From the human T2T-CHM13v2.0 reference genome, Homo sapiens: DNA of 64,000 bases. This document shows, piece by piece, positions 43,108 to 56,238 of this stretch. The notes below the pieces were generated by a model. It did no database searches. It saw only the letters and a list, made by a program, of their open reading frames with translations, and was not told the origin of the DNA. The DNA lies in assembly GCF_009914755.1 (NCBI RefSeq), contig NC_060931.1. One strand, given 5' to 3'. The stretch's first letter is position 1. Every line of letters starts with the position of its first letter. The position numbers and the translations under genes are program-made.

Positions 43108-45432
43108 CCAAAGTAGTGCGTCTAATGACCCCCAGGAGTGCTGAGTGAACACGCAAGGACTCACTTGTGTCCCTTGATCTCTCAGAGTGGCTGGGGATCT
43201 TGGTAAGTTCTCTCTTGGATTGCAGAGCTCCAGGGATTTGTGTTTTGAGCTCTCTGAGTTTCTTTGAGCAAATTTCTGATCCAAACTGGGTTTGGAAGTC
43301 ACGACAGAAACTGGACTGGGTTCAAGAAAAGATTTGATCTGGTAATTAACCGGCTTGGATTCAGTTAGAGGCCTCTTACATCTGACTGGGTCAGAAAGAA
43401 ACTGGTAGTAAATGTTAATATTGTAGGGGTTTTAAAATTTGGCTTTTGGAAATTTGTGGGGAATGGAAAAATCTTACTAAAGATAATTTACAGTGGAATA
43501 TTCCAAATGAACAACAACACACTGAAGTACATTTAAAATAATGGAGCTACCAAATTAGTCTCATCTAGGGATGCCTATCGACATGCAGAAGCTTCCAAAA
43601 AATAGATTTCAATATTTTTATTTAAAGCACATGTATTTTGCTCTGGCTGGAATGGGAAATATTAATTTAGGTCCCCCATGCAGCCAGTTGGGCAGCAACT
43701 TATAAAACTAAGGCTTTTTCTTGTGGTTCCATAAAAATAGACAAAAGATGATTTTCCTTTATGTTGCAGCTTGGCCCCCAGGGCTTTGATACAGCTAACA
43801 GGGTCACTAAGGCCACTCACAGAAAGAGAACCCAGAAACCTGGCATGCTGGCAAAAGGGCAAGAATTTCTTACCAGTCAGACTTCTGGCCTTGCTCTCTC
43901 TGTACAAACTAGTTGAATGAATGGCAAAAATCATTGTTTATATCATGTAAAGTTTGGATTAATGGAAAAAAAGATTTGTGAGGCTAGTCAAGCTATAGTG
44001 AATCTGGTGTGCTTTGTACTATGATTTTGTCTTTCTGTATCTTTCTGTCAGAAAGAGGGGTACCTTAGGATAGAACATGGCCTTAGGACCCCATAAGCCC
44101 ACTGTTCAAGATGGCCCAACAAACTGGTCAGTTATGTCCTTGGGAGCTTGACCTTGTAACCCAGTGGTGGTACTTTCTCTTGGTCTCCCATCCAGTAAAC
44201 AGAAATTTGGGGGTTTATGTTATAGTTACCTCTAAAAATTATCTCAAGCAGTTAAAAACTATTGCAAGCTCAAAATTGACTGCTCTACACTCCTAGAGCA
44301 ACGAAACCTTCCTAATTCTGTAGCTCAGTAGCTAAGTCTTCAACATTTTACAATGACAACCCAGGTTTAGGGTTCAATTCTCAGCTGAGAGAATGAGCCA
44401 GAAATATTGGGCATTTCGACTGACTAAAGTCAAGTAATAAGAAATTTAAAAGGACTTTTTTAAGAGCACTATGGTTAAAAGTCAGCTTAATTAGAAGTGG
44501 ATATTCAAGCTCTAATGGCCTGGACAGAGGAGGTGTCACAGAGCGCTTTTGGGGAGAGACCTCTCTTTTCCTCATGAAACCCCAGGAATTGAAAGCAAAT
44601 AAGTCCCTCTCAAAATCAAAGGCTATGTTCTGTTTTGCATTGGATTATCTGACATTTTTTACTTTTGGGGGTATCATAAATTACTTCAAATTATGACAGA
44701 GCTTTGATGCGTAATAACTAGGTAGGAAATATACTTTGGGGGACAGCTAATGGCATTTTGGGGGAGTACACAGCTCTTCGCACATTCGGATCAGAGAAGC
44801 ATGGTCTTGGCCACCTAAAAGGTATGGCAACATCCCTACCCCACTGAGAGATAAGACTCTCATGGGAGATGAGATGGGGGAAAAATCTGTTTTGCCTTCC
44901 AGCTGTGCCTGCTTTAAATTAGGTTGTAGAAACTGCATGCTTTCCTGGCTCTTTTTCTCCAAGGGCTCCATCCTGAAGCCAGTAATCCAATTAAGAAACT
45001 TAAAACTGGCAAATGAAAAATCTTACAACTACTGGATCTTCTGTCTGTCTGTCTGTTTAGTTATACATGTGTCGTGTGTGTGATGTTTATATAAAAGAGC
45101 TCTAATTAATTGGCTTAAATAAAAAAATAAGCACTTAAATCAAATATTTTGAAAGAAAAATAAAAACTGTAATGCCTTTTAGTTCACACGACTTTAGTAA
45201 TCTTTGTGAAATAAAAACAGCTTTAAAGATTATTAGTAAAATAAAGACATTTAGTCTAAATTAGGCAGATGAGATATTAGCTTTACTAAATGCTTTAAGG
45301 TCCATAAACTGCCTCTTTGGCTTTTGAAAACCATTCAACTTGCATATTTTACAGCTAGGTAAGGCCTGGGGACATGTGGAGTTAGCCACACCCATCTCTA
45401 TGCTGCAAAGAGTCAGAACTTACCTGCACTTT

Positions 45433-45514
45433 TCAGACTCCTGGCCTCAAGCAGCCCTCCCATCTCGGCCTCCCAAAGTGCTAGGATTGCAGGCATGAGC
45501 CACCATGCCCAGCC
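45433..45514 (-). mobile_element. Alu (J/FLAM-type) 5' ~80-bp fragment inside the ERV
   Basis: actcctggcctcaagcagccctcccatctcggcctcccaaagtgctaggattgcaggcatgagccaccatgcccagcc; no poly-A. Confidence 0.88.
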
Positions 45515-47304
45515 TCGTATCTCACTTCTGATTTCCTAGGCTCCAAACCTAGTACATAGTTAAAATCACTTACCAGATTTTTTGACTTAAATGAAAATTG
45601 CTGAGAATTACCACTATAACAGGTAATAAAGACTATTGAAAAAACAGTTTTACATGCAAGGTGTGTGAAGATAATGAAATGTGTTTTTGGTAAAAGATTA
45701 TAAGAAGGCATGGGAATGTAAATTTTTGCATAGAGTGTTAAAGGATTGTTTTAAATTAGATAAGATAAAGCTAAAAGACTGAGCAAGTTGTAGATTTCTA
45801 AAAATCAATCTTGTAAAAGAAATTCTGTCTGTGAACATGACTAAATTTAAAGGGATTTTTTTTTCCCACAAATTGAACATTGAAAAAAAAGCACAACAGG
45901 GTTTTCTTAGAGCACAGATTTGCTATTTAACAAAAATTTGTAAAGGGTTATAAAAGGTTTATGAGAATCTCACCTTATGGTCAAATTGATTAAGATTGAA
46001 TCAATTTGTCTATAAAGTTTTATTAAGAATTGGGGTTGGCATTAATGGTACAGTAATGTAAGGGTGAAATTTGTCTTTTTCTCTTCAATAAGATTTTTAT
46101 GTAATCTTAAAAATAATGCAAGATTTTTGTTTGCCTTTTTAATAAACTAGCAAAGAAGGGAAAGATAAGAGATAGGTTGTTTGGGAAGCTGTCTTCCCTC
46201 TATCAATGAGTCAAGGTTTTTGCCTTTTTAAAATTTTGGGATCATCATTTTGGCTAAATTAATGACTTATGGTGATCTAGAATTCTATTTTAAAATATCA
46301 GGTGTTTTAAACCTTTAACACATTTGATAGGCTTCTCAAAATCAAATTCAGCTTCAAAATTATCTTTTCTGACCTCTAACTTTCAGATGCTACAGAGGGC
46401 CCCTGACACATCCAAAAGAGAGGTAAACAGGATTATTTGACATATTAAGTTACATGGAAAGCATTGTCAAAATAAAAAATAATGTTTAACCTTCCTCAGG
46501 TTATATTTTAATGAATGCTATTAATATATGTTTTAAAATTGTATGGGATTCCTAAAATTCTAATATGTCTGAGTATAAGCTATCAATCATAATTATGGTT
46601 ATTATGTTATTTCAGACCACAGAAATAATCAAATTTTCTTGTCAATTGTGTTTTTAACTTTGACCATTTAAAGTCATTTCCACAATTAATTGTTTAATGC
46701 TGATGCAGTTTCTGACAACTTCACAAGCACACAAAATCCTAGAATATGGCGTCTTTTAGGAGGTTCGTGAAAGGATAAAAAGGACCCTGACAAGCCCTCT
46801 TGAATACAGGTTTCTAATAACTTTAAAATCCTATCATTTGTACTGGGTAAGAATTCCTGAAACTTTAATGAAAAGACTGACTGGTTTATAAAACTGCTAA
46901 GTCAAGTAGAACAAAAATTAATTGAATACCAAGCAAATATTTTGCCAGATTTGTATGCTAAATCGGCCAATACTGAAATTGTTTAGATATACACTTTGAA
47001 TGAACTCCATGGTCTAAGTCAAATTACCTATGATAACCCATCAGTTATCAGTGCTATGCACCTAATTTGGAGAAACAACTGGTATTCAAGAGGACATAAG
47101 TCTAATGTTAATTAAGCATGGATTAAGCATGGACTCACGGAGAATCAGGATGGCCACCTTGTCCTTCCAGAGTCCTTTAAGCTTTTATTATTAAAGGTTT
47201 TGCATTCCATGAGTCATCATGGAAAAGATAAAATGATTCAAATTAAATATATATTGGTGTCGTGACTTCTAAATTGCTAAAATAATTTATGACCAACATT
47301 TGCT

Positions 47305-47730
47305 TTGTCAAACCCATATTCCTGGGAAAACAGTCAAAGCTTCAGGTATATTTGGTTACCTGAGGGACCATTTAAACATTTTTATAAAGGGCTTTCATTC
47401 CATTGTGATTTTCAGTGCATGTTTTCTGGTTGTATAAAAGCTTTCCCATGCAAAAAGGCTGATGTTATAACAGTAGATTATTATGCTACAGTGTATTTTC
47501 ACCAGGTAAAGAAAGCTTTTTACGGTTCACTGGCTGAAGACAATCAACCCCTTCATAATCTAGAACCTGAAGATTGGATCTTCTGAGAACAGCAGAGAAA
47601 GACTGTCCTTGCCATCTACACTACAGCAAAACTTCGGGACATTAAACTTTGGGTTCATAATCTCACAACTGAGAAGGGTCACTCCACACTCTTGGAACTG
47701 TACGCCCATTGGAACTCTTAAGGTAAAGCT
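47305..47730 (+). pseudogene. ERV integrase relic
   Basis: CMFSGCIKAFPCKKAD resembles the integrase core motif (FSGWVEAFP); LEPEDWIF and TTAKL...WVH resemble the gamma-like integrase C-terminus; heavily deleted. Confidence 0.65.
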
Positions 47731-48139
47731 AACCAGGGAAGTTTCTCCCCAGAAGAAGGCAGCATCCTTAATGTGAACAGCTTTTCCCAAGATCACAGGT
47801 CAAGACTTCTCTACTATCATGAGACTCTTGTCTTTAAATATTTTTTTCCTTACTTATACCTCTATGAACAATAGAAGTAAAAAGATGGTCTGTTGCGTGC
47901 ACTTAACGGGGTATATTTTTATTTGTAAAGGATTTTGTAGCCAGCCTTATGCATGGATAATCTTATATTTTCATAGATAAAAGATGAAGGCCCAACGTAA
48001 ATGAAAAACTTTAATGGTACATACGTTACCTCATAATCAGTCAGAAACAGAACATTGGTTCACTCCTCTTAACTCACATCATGGGTTAAAGAGAACCATG
48101 CCAGGAGGCCTTCACTCTTCTAGAAGGCCATCATTTGTT

Positions 48140-48702
48140 AGGTCCTTTTTCCATGGTTTGGAGCAAAAGAAGCAATGACTAGAAATGTATTCCTCATGAT
48201 AAGCTCTGTAGCAGATTCTACTGTAAAGGCTATTGTTACATAACAGACTTTCAATTCTCTTGTGAAAGTTATGCTAAATAATAGAATTGGCTAAACAGAA
48301 AAGTATCTGTGCAATTGCTGGCCTTTGTGGACTATGGAGAAATAAATCAAATATAGATTATAGAAATTCAGTTGTAGGGGATTAATGAAAGACTGCTTAG
48401 TTAAGCGAGTAGACTCTTTATCTAGCTCATTCTTTGATCTATTTAATTTTAGGTGGTCTGGTTTATGGGGATGCTGGCTAAGGAGCATACTCCAAATGCT
48501 TGGTATTATCCTCCTAATAGTCATAATAGCAGTCTCCCTGGTGTGCCGTATTCCCTCAAAAGTTTTAAATGCTTGCATGCAGCCATCTCTAGAATGTCAA
48601 ATGGTCTCACTTCAACTGAAATGGCATGAGCTGAAAAAAATGTGTGACCATGAGGACACTGTAACATATGAATCACATGCTAAGACAGGAAACCCAAAAT
48701 GA
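48140..48702 (+). pseudogene. ERV env transmembrane-subunit relic
   Basis: NSLVKVMLNNRI...KQKSICAIA (degenerate immunosuppressive domain), followed by ORF 48385-48702 with Trp-rich membrane-proximal stretch and hydrophobic LQMLGIILLIVIIAVSLVC. Confidence 0.75.
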
Positions 48703-49142
48703 TGGTAACTGAGAGTGGCACTAAGGCCCTAAATTTTGGTCACATTCTCTCTTAAGTGAGAACCTGACCACAAAGGGGGAATTTTTAAACAAAATTATGG
48801 GAGGCCATTGTTTTAGACTGAGCTCATGCATTAGGCCCCAACAGACCAAATCAAATAAAAATGGAGCTGCTCATGCTAAATGTGACATAATCAAACTAAG
48901 ACTTTAAGGAAGCGCATATATCCTAGAACAGACCAGGTTTTATTTTTCTCCTACAAACAGGATGTTCCAGCATAAGTTACCCTCTACTCAGTCCTTGATC
49001 CCATCTTGCAAAACCCACGGTTGCACTGTTTTCCAGAGGGTTTCAAGACCAAAGAATTATATTTACGATGACGGTAGTGATATCAAAGACTAAAATTTTA
49101 GCCAATCTCCCAAAATTGAGAAAACGACCAAAATGGGGGAAT

Positions 49143-49560
49143 TGTTAAACCGAACTAAATATGGCCTGAGAAGGTCTCTGTACTTCTGTATTTCAGTCTT
49201 TGTGGATGAACTGTAACTTAACTTAATAGGTAGACAAAATTGAAAACCTAACTTAATATGTGCCTGTAACAATAGCTGAGTCTTGACCAATCCCAGCAGC
49301 CATACTTCAACCACTCATACACTGCTAAGTGTTCAAATAAGGCAAACGCTGAGCTGTAACCAATCCAGTTGTTTCTGTACCTCGCTTCTGGTTTCTGTAC
49401 CTCATTTCCCTTTTTCTGTCTGTAAGTCTTCCTCTACCACATAACTGCACTGGAGTCTCTCTGGATCTGTTGTGATTCTGAGGGATACCTGATTCGTGAA
49501 TCATTCATTGCTCAGTTAAACTCCTTTAAATTTATTTCAGCTAACGTTTTCCTTTTAACA
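49143..49560 (+). mobile_element. 3' LTR (MER57A-like), preceded by PPT aaaatgggggaat
   Basis: Direct repeat of the 5' LTR (11 mismatches in the first 60 nt, counted by eye). Confidence 0.92.
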
Positions 49561-50338
49561 CAAACAAGTGAAAAAGCATTCCATGATCTGGATTGGAAGA
49601 CTCAATATCATTAAAATGATATTCCTATCAAACTACCAAAATTATTTTTCACAGAACTAGAAAAAAATGATTCCAAAATTCATGTGGAACCAAAAGAGAG
49701 TCCAAATAGCTAAAGCAATCCTAAGCAAAAAAAAAAAAAAAAAAGCTGGAGGCGTCACATTGCCTGACTTCAAACTATACTATAAGGTTACAGTAGCCAA
49801 AAACACATAGTACTTGTACAAAAGCTGACACATAGACCAATGGAACAGAATAGAGAACCCAGAAATAAAGCTGCACATCTACAGCCATCAGATATGCAAC
49901 AAAGTTGACAAAAGTAAGCAATGGGGAAAAGACTCCCTGTTTAATAAATGGTGCTATGACAGCCAGCCAGCCACATGAGGATGATTGAAACTGGACACCT
50001 GCCTTACACCACATACAAAAATCAACTCAAAATGAATTAAAAATTTAAATGTAAGACATCAAACTATAAGAATCCTAGAAGAAAACCTAGGAAACACCAT
50101 CCTGGACATTAGTCTTGAGAAAGAATTTATGACTTAGTCTTCAAAAGCAATTGCAACAAAAACAAAAATTGACAAATGGGACCTAATTAAACTTTTTTTT
50201 CTTTTCTGAGCTTCTGCACAGCAAAATAACCTATCAAGAGAATAAACATACATCCTACAAAATAGGAGAAAATATTCACAAACTATGCATCCAACAAAGG
50301 TAAAATATCCAGAATCTATACGGAATTTAAACAATTCA

Positions 50339-50721
<383 letters not shown>

Positions 50722-50760
50722 AAAAGACACAAACAGACACTTCTGAAAAGAAGACATTCA

Positions 50761-51078
50761 GGCTGGGTGCAGTGGCTTATGCCTGTAATCCCAGCACTTT
50801 GGGAGGCTGAGGCAGGCGGATCACTTGTGGTCAGGAGTTCGAGACCAGCCTAGCCAACCTGTGAAATTCTGTCTCTACTAAAAATACAAAAATTAGCCAG
50901 GTGTGATGGCACATGCCTATAATCCCAGCTACTACCCAGGAGGCTGAAGCACAAGAATTGAGAACCACTTGAATCCGGGAGGCAGAGGTTTCGGTGAGTC
51001 AAGATCATGCCACTACACTCCAGCCTGGGCAACAGAGCAAGACTCCATCTCAGAAAAAAAAAAAAAAAAAAAAAAAAG
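50761..51078 (+). mobile_element. AluS inserted in the L1PA
   Basis: Dimeric Alu with long poly-A; TSD aagaagacat(t/a)ca. Confidence 0.95.
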
Positions 51079-51261
51079 AAGAAGACATACAAGTAGCCAA
51101 CAAACATTAAAAAAATGCTCAGCACGACCAATCGTCAGCAAAATCCAAATCAAAACGACAATGAGATACCATCTCACACCAGTGAAAATGGTTGTCATTA
51201 AAATATCAAAAAAACAGTAGATACTGGCAAGGTTGTGAAGAGAAAATGCTTATACCTTGTT

Positions 51262-52069
51262 TTTTAAAAAATAATTTTTATTTCCATAGGTTTTTGGGGA
51301 ACAAGTGGTATTTCGTTACATGAGTCAGCTCTTTAGTGGTGATTTGTGAGATTTTGTTGCACCCATCACCCGAGCAGTATACACTGAACCCAATTTGTAG
51401 TCTTTTATCCCTCACTCCCTTCCCACCATTTCCTCCCAAGCCCCCAAAGTCCATTGTATCATTCTTATGCCTTTGCATCCTCATAGCTTAGCTCCTACTT
51501 ATAAGTGAGAACATACAATGTTTGGTTTTTGATCCTGAATTACTTTATTTAGAATAATAGACTCCAATCCCACCCAGGTTGCTGTGAATGCCATTAATTC
51601 ATTCCTTTTTATGATTGAGTAGTATTCCATCATATGTATATATATATACACGTATATATACACATATATATACGTGTATATATATATGTGTATATATGTA
51701 TATATATATTACAGTTTATTTATCCACTCGTTGATTGATGGGCATTTGGGCTAGTTCCATATTTTTGCAATTGTGAATTGTGCTGCTATAAACATGCATG
51801 TGCAAGTATCTTTTTTTGTATAATGACTCCTTTTCCTCTGGGTAGATACCCAGTAGTGGAATCACTGGATCAAATGGTAATTCTACTTTTAGTTCTTCAA
51901 GGAATTTCCACACTGTTTTCCATAGTGGTTGTACTAGTTTACGTTCTCACTAGCAGTGGAGCAATGTTCCCTTTACACCACATCCATGCCAACATCTATT
52001 ATTTTTTGAGTATTTGATTATGGTCATTCTTGCAGAGTAAGTTAGTGTCGCGTTGTGGTTTTGATTTGC
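51262..52069 (-). mobile_element. 5'-truncated L1PB1-like element with an internal (TA/CA)n tract at ~51633-51708
   Basis: Reverse 3'UTR ctttagtggtgatttgtgagattttgttgcacccatcacccgagcagt; 21-bp TSD agaaaatgcttatac(c/a)ttgtt at 51241-51261 and 52070-52090. Confidence 0.92.
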
Positions 52070-53669
52070 AGAAAATGCTTATACATTGTTGATGAGAAAG
52101 TAAATTTGTTCAGCCACTATGGAAAGCAGTTTGGAGATTTCTCAAAGAACTTAAAACAGAACTACCATTTGACCCAGCAATCCCATTACAGGGTATATAT
52201 CCAAAGAAAATAAATTGTTCTACCAAAAAGACACATGCATTCGTACTTTCGTCAGAGCACTATTCACAATAACAAAGACATGGAACCAATCTAGATGCCC
52301 ATCAGTATGGATTGGATAAAGAAAGTGTGGTACATATTCACCATGGAATACCATGCAGCCAGAGGAAAAGAACAAAACCATGTCCTTTGCAGGAACATGG
52401 ATGAAGTTGCAGGCCATTTTCCTAAGTGAATTAATGCAAGAACAGAAAAGCAAATACTGCATGTTCTCACTTATAAGTGGGAGCTAAACATTGGGTACTC
52501 ATGGACATAAAGATGGCAACAATATTCACTGGATACTACTTGGGGGATGGAGAAAGGGGTCAAAAGTTGAAAAACTAACTATTGAGCACTATGCTCAGTA
52601 CCTGGGTGATGGGATCAATCATACCTCAAGCCTCAGCATCACACAACATAACCATGTAACAAACCGGCACATGTTCCCCTGAATCTAAAAGTTGAAATAA
52701 TAATGATAATAACAATAGCAATAATGAAAAGAAAATTATGAGCCATGACTCATTTCATGGTCTTCAAAAGAAAGCAATCTACTAATAATCAAATATAGTC
52801 TATGTGGATTATTCTTATTCTGTTTCTTATTAACCAAATAACTCCTCCTCCACCCACCACATATCTATAATGAACAGGTTCTTTCAAATAGACATAGTTA
52901 ATATTAAAGTTTCAAGTGCTGCCAGTACACTGGCTTGCTGGTTTTATTTTTAAAACACACAAAAATAGAATTTCTTGAAGAGTTCCTGCTTATTTTTAAT
53001 CCTTAAAACGCAAACACAAACACACATACACACACCTTTTAAGCATTTCACTTACAGAGTGAACATGGGCATATTTCTTTTCTACTTCCACTACTGAGGA
53101 ATACTGTCCACTCTTCTGCCACCTTCTTTTCATTCATTCTAAAATACAAAAGTTTGTTCAAGAAGTATTTCTTGAATGTCTATCATATCAGGCATTGCAA
53201 ATGGCATTACACTGCATGGATGAATGTTTTCTGAGCCTCTCCTCTTTGTTGTACTCAGCGGAATGGTAAGCAGTTTGCAATCTCCCCCTTTTCCTTTGCT
53301 ATGTAAACTGTGTATGTGGGAACAGCTTTACAATCTTGGTTCTCATCCTGTGCTCTCCCAGAACCTATCTTAGTGTATAGTACACTCAAAATTAGACAAA
53401 AATTCAATCCTAAAATTGAAATTTTTTCAAATTTTCATCAGTAGGCAGTAGAAAAGTTATATTATATTACAGAGAAAAAATTTCTCACAACCCCAACAAA
53501 TCCTGCTACCTCTCCATCTTCTTTTCACACAGAAATTCAAAATCCTCCAGCTGATAGACTCTACTCAGCAAAACAAAAGTCCAGTAGCATTCCAAACAGC
53601 TTCCATTAAATGAAGTCCCAGGGGTTAACTAAACCCCATGTAAAGAGTATTTCCATGTCCCTAAAAGGC

Positions 53670-53675
53670 ATAGAT

Positions 53676-53735
<60 letters not shown>

Positions 53736-53744
53736 TAGATAGAT

Positions 53745-53807
<63 letters not shown>

Positions 53808-53813
53808 GATAGA
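53670..53813. repeat. Compound (GATA)n tetranucleotide STR
   Basis: (GATA)15 TA GATA GAT (GATA)15 at 53676-53804. Confidence 0.98.
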
Positions 53814-55414
53814 GAATAGATGACATATACATACTTATGTAGGTAGATAGAGGATATATACATACATACGTATATAGACAGATATAGACACAGATATAGA
53901 TAACAGTTCTCATTTGAACGCTGGCCACTGAACTAATGGCTCATTCAGTCTTGTCACCATATCATTTACCTGAGTAAATGCACCGATGGCCATAAATTCT
54001 CAATTTAGAAGAGAATGTCACACCTGGATTCTTGATGGCATAGAGTGTACCCAGGTTATATACAATTCTGGTTCTGCTTTGCTGCTCAGCCTTAAATTAA
54101 CTTCATAGCAGAAGTTTACATTGGTACACTGAAATCAGAGTTGTTTGGTTCCATACATAAACACAATGGGACTATCTAAAGACAACTCTATATATGCCTG
54201 TAGAGGCTTCTGTCCCCATTACCCCTCCTATCAAAATATGCCCATGCTTCCTCCATCTACTGCCTTCTCAAGCCAAAACCCAAACACGTTTCCCCAGCTG
54301 CATGTTCGGAACGCTCTCTGAGCTCTTAGATGCAGAATAAGGAGAAACAAAAGCTGAACAAATGAGTGGCAGAGGGCAGGAGCATGCTACTTACTTGTCT
54401 ATCTGAGCAATTTCTCCTCACTTTTTCAAGAGTCATCAAGGTTGAATATGTAATGTTGATATAAAGCAGATAAGTCCTCAATAAGTGTTCATGGCTGTTT
54501 TTGTTGTTGTTGCAAACACTGTTTCTATTGATTGAAATAGAACCATGGTTTCTGTGTCAACCATGGGAAAAGACAGCCAAGTCAAGTTATTCTTTAACAA
54601 TAGGCACTTGCTCTACAAAGAAATGAGAGGGAAGAGAGACTATCTTTGGCAAGGACTAGTTTTAATTGATGATGGCTGCAACACTAATGAGGCTGCCTCC
54701 CATCAATACTGCTCCTGCTCCAAAGGACTGCTCAAAGGGGCAGCTATAAAGGCAGACAGAAATGACCCACTCCATTGCCAGAACCTCCCATGTGGCAATA
54801 TCAATAAATAAGTGGCACTGATCATCTCATCTTTAAGTCCATGTTGTCAATTCAGACCACACTTAGGGAATCAGACTCTCCAGGGAAATATCAGTTAATA
54901 AAATAACTAGAGAGAAACCAGGAGTCCCTCTAAGGTGGTTATTATGGCAGTAAACAATGTATTTCATTAGAAAAGACTGTAACAGGTAAAACATTTTATT
55001 CAAGGCTTAAGAAAAATAAAATTTCCAATGGTAAATTTAGCAACTATAAAGAAAAATATTTCTATATATATTAATAGTTTCAATTCTCAAAAAAAAGCAA
55101 CTTTTCATAACCTCATCGGAAAGAATGTAAAAATTCTCAACAAATCACAATCAACAAGACGTTTTCAGGATGTGTTAACACATGTATATATATATCTCTG
55201 GTTACCTGTGTCAGCAAATATTTTTCCTTGCCTAGTGGGCAAATTTCTGTGCAAACTTATTGTCTGTCTCAAAAATTGAAAGGTAACCATGTTTTTATGC
55301 CAGGAATAAAGACATGTAAGGAATATGCTAAAGCATGAAAATATTGTAGGAAGAGAAATCAGTGAGAAATGTGAAGCAAACTGGTCAAAGTGATACTCAA
55401 ATCCCAAGGTCTAA

Positions 55415-55545
55415 GCCTGGTGCCGTGGCACACACTTGCAGTTCCAGCAACTTGAAGGCTGAGGTGGAAAGACTGATAGATCCCAAGCGTTCAAGTCCAG
55501 TCTGGGCAACAAAATGAAACTACATCCCTAAAAAAATAATAATAA
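55415..55545 (+). mobile_element. FLAM_A-like Alu monomer
   Basis: gcctggtgccgtggcacacacttgcagttccagc...ttcaagtccagtctgggcaac, A-rich tail. Confidence 0.8.
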
Positions 55546-55946
55546 ATATTGTTTTAAAATTTAATTTCAAGGTCAGAGAAACCTCCTGTGAAAAACCATC
55601 AATTGGTCATTTCTACCTAAATTATTGTTGCCTACAATCTAAGACTCTTCTGGGTTCTTGCTTAATGAAACATTTGTTGATTTCTTACTACAGGTATGTA
55701 CAAAGCAATAGATGTGACTGAAAGCCGAATAATGTTGAAATATGGCCCCTGCTCTTTAACTGGTTATAGTCTGCCTATAATCAGTTAAGGACACCATAGC
55801 CAACCACTGGCTCAAATATATCCTCCTCATATGTGGCAGGCCCCAGCTGACTTGAACAGACTTATCAACAAGTTCTTCATTGTGATGCTGTATTTCTATA
55901 TTTCTAAAATCCTTTCACTGCAGGGGAAAAAAAAGTACTATAATTT

Positions 55947-56238
<292 letters not shown>

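Larger units (their letters stand above)
42657..49560 (+). mobile_element. ERV1 provirus, MER57A-type, two LTRs, coding-decayed interior
   Basis: TG...CA direct LTRs 42657-43087 and 49143-49560; 4-bp TSD caaa (42653-42656, 49561-49564); PBS and PPT present; host L1 sequence joins across the insertion. Confidence 0.93.

Noticed and set aside
53606-53928. ORFs with (IYLS)n, and similar Y/I-rich ORFs at 13681-14187
   Set aside because: Stop-free frames created by microsatellites.
53978-54128. Minus-strand exon candidate (tttcag ... CAG|GTAAAT)
   Set aside because: Weak pyrimidine tract and stops in all three frames.
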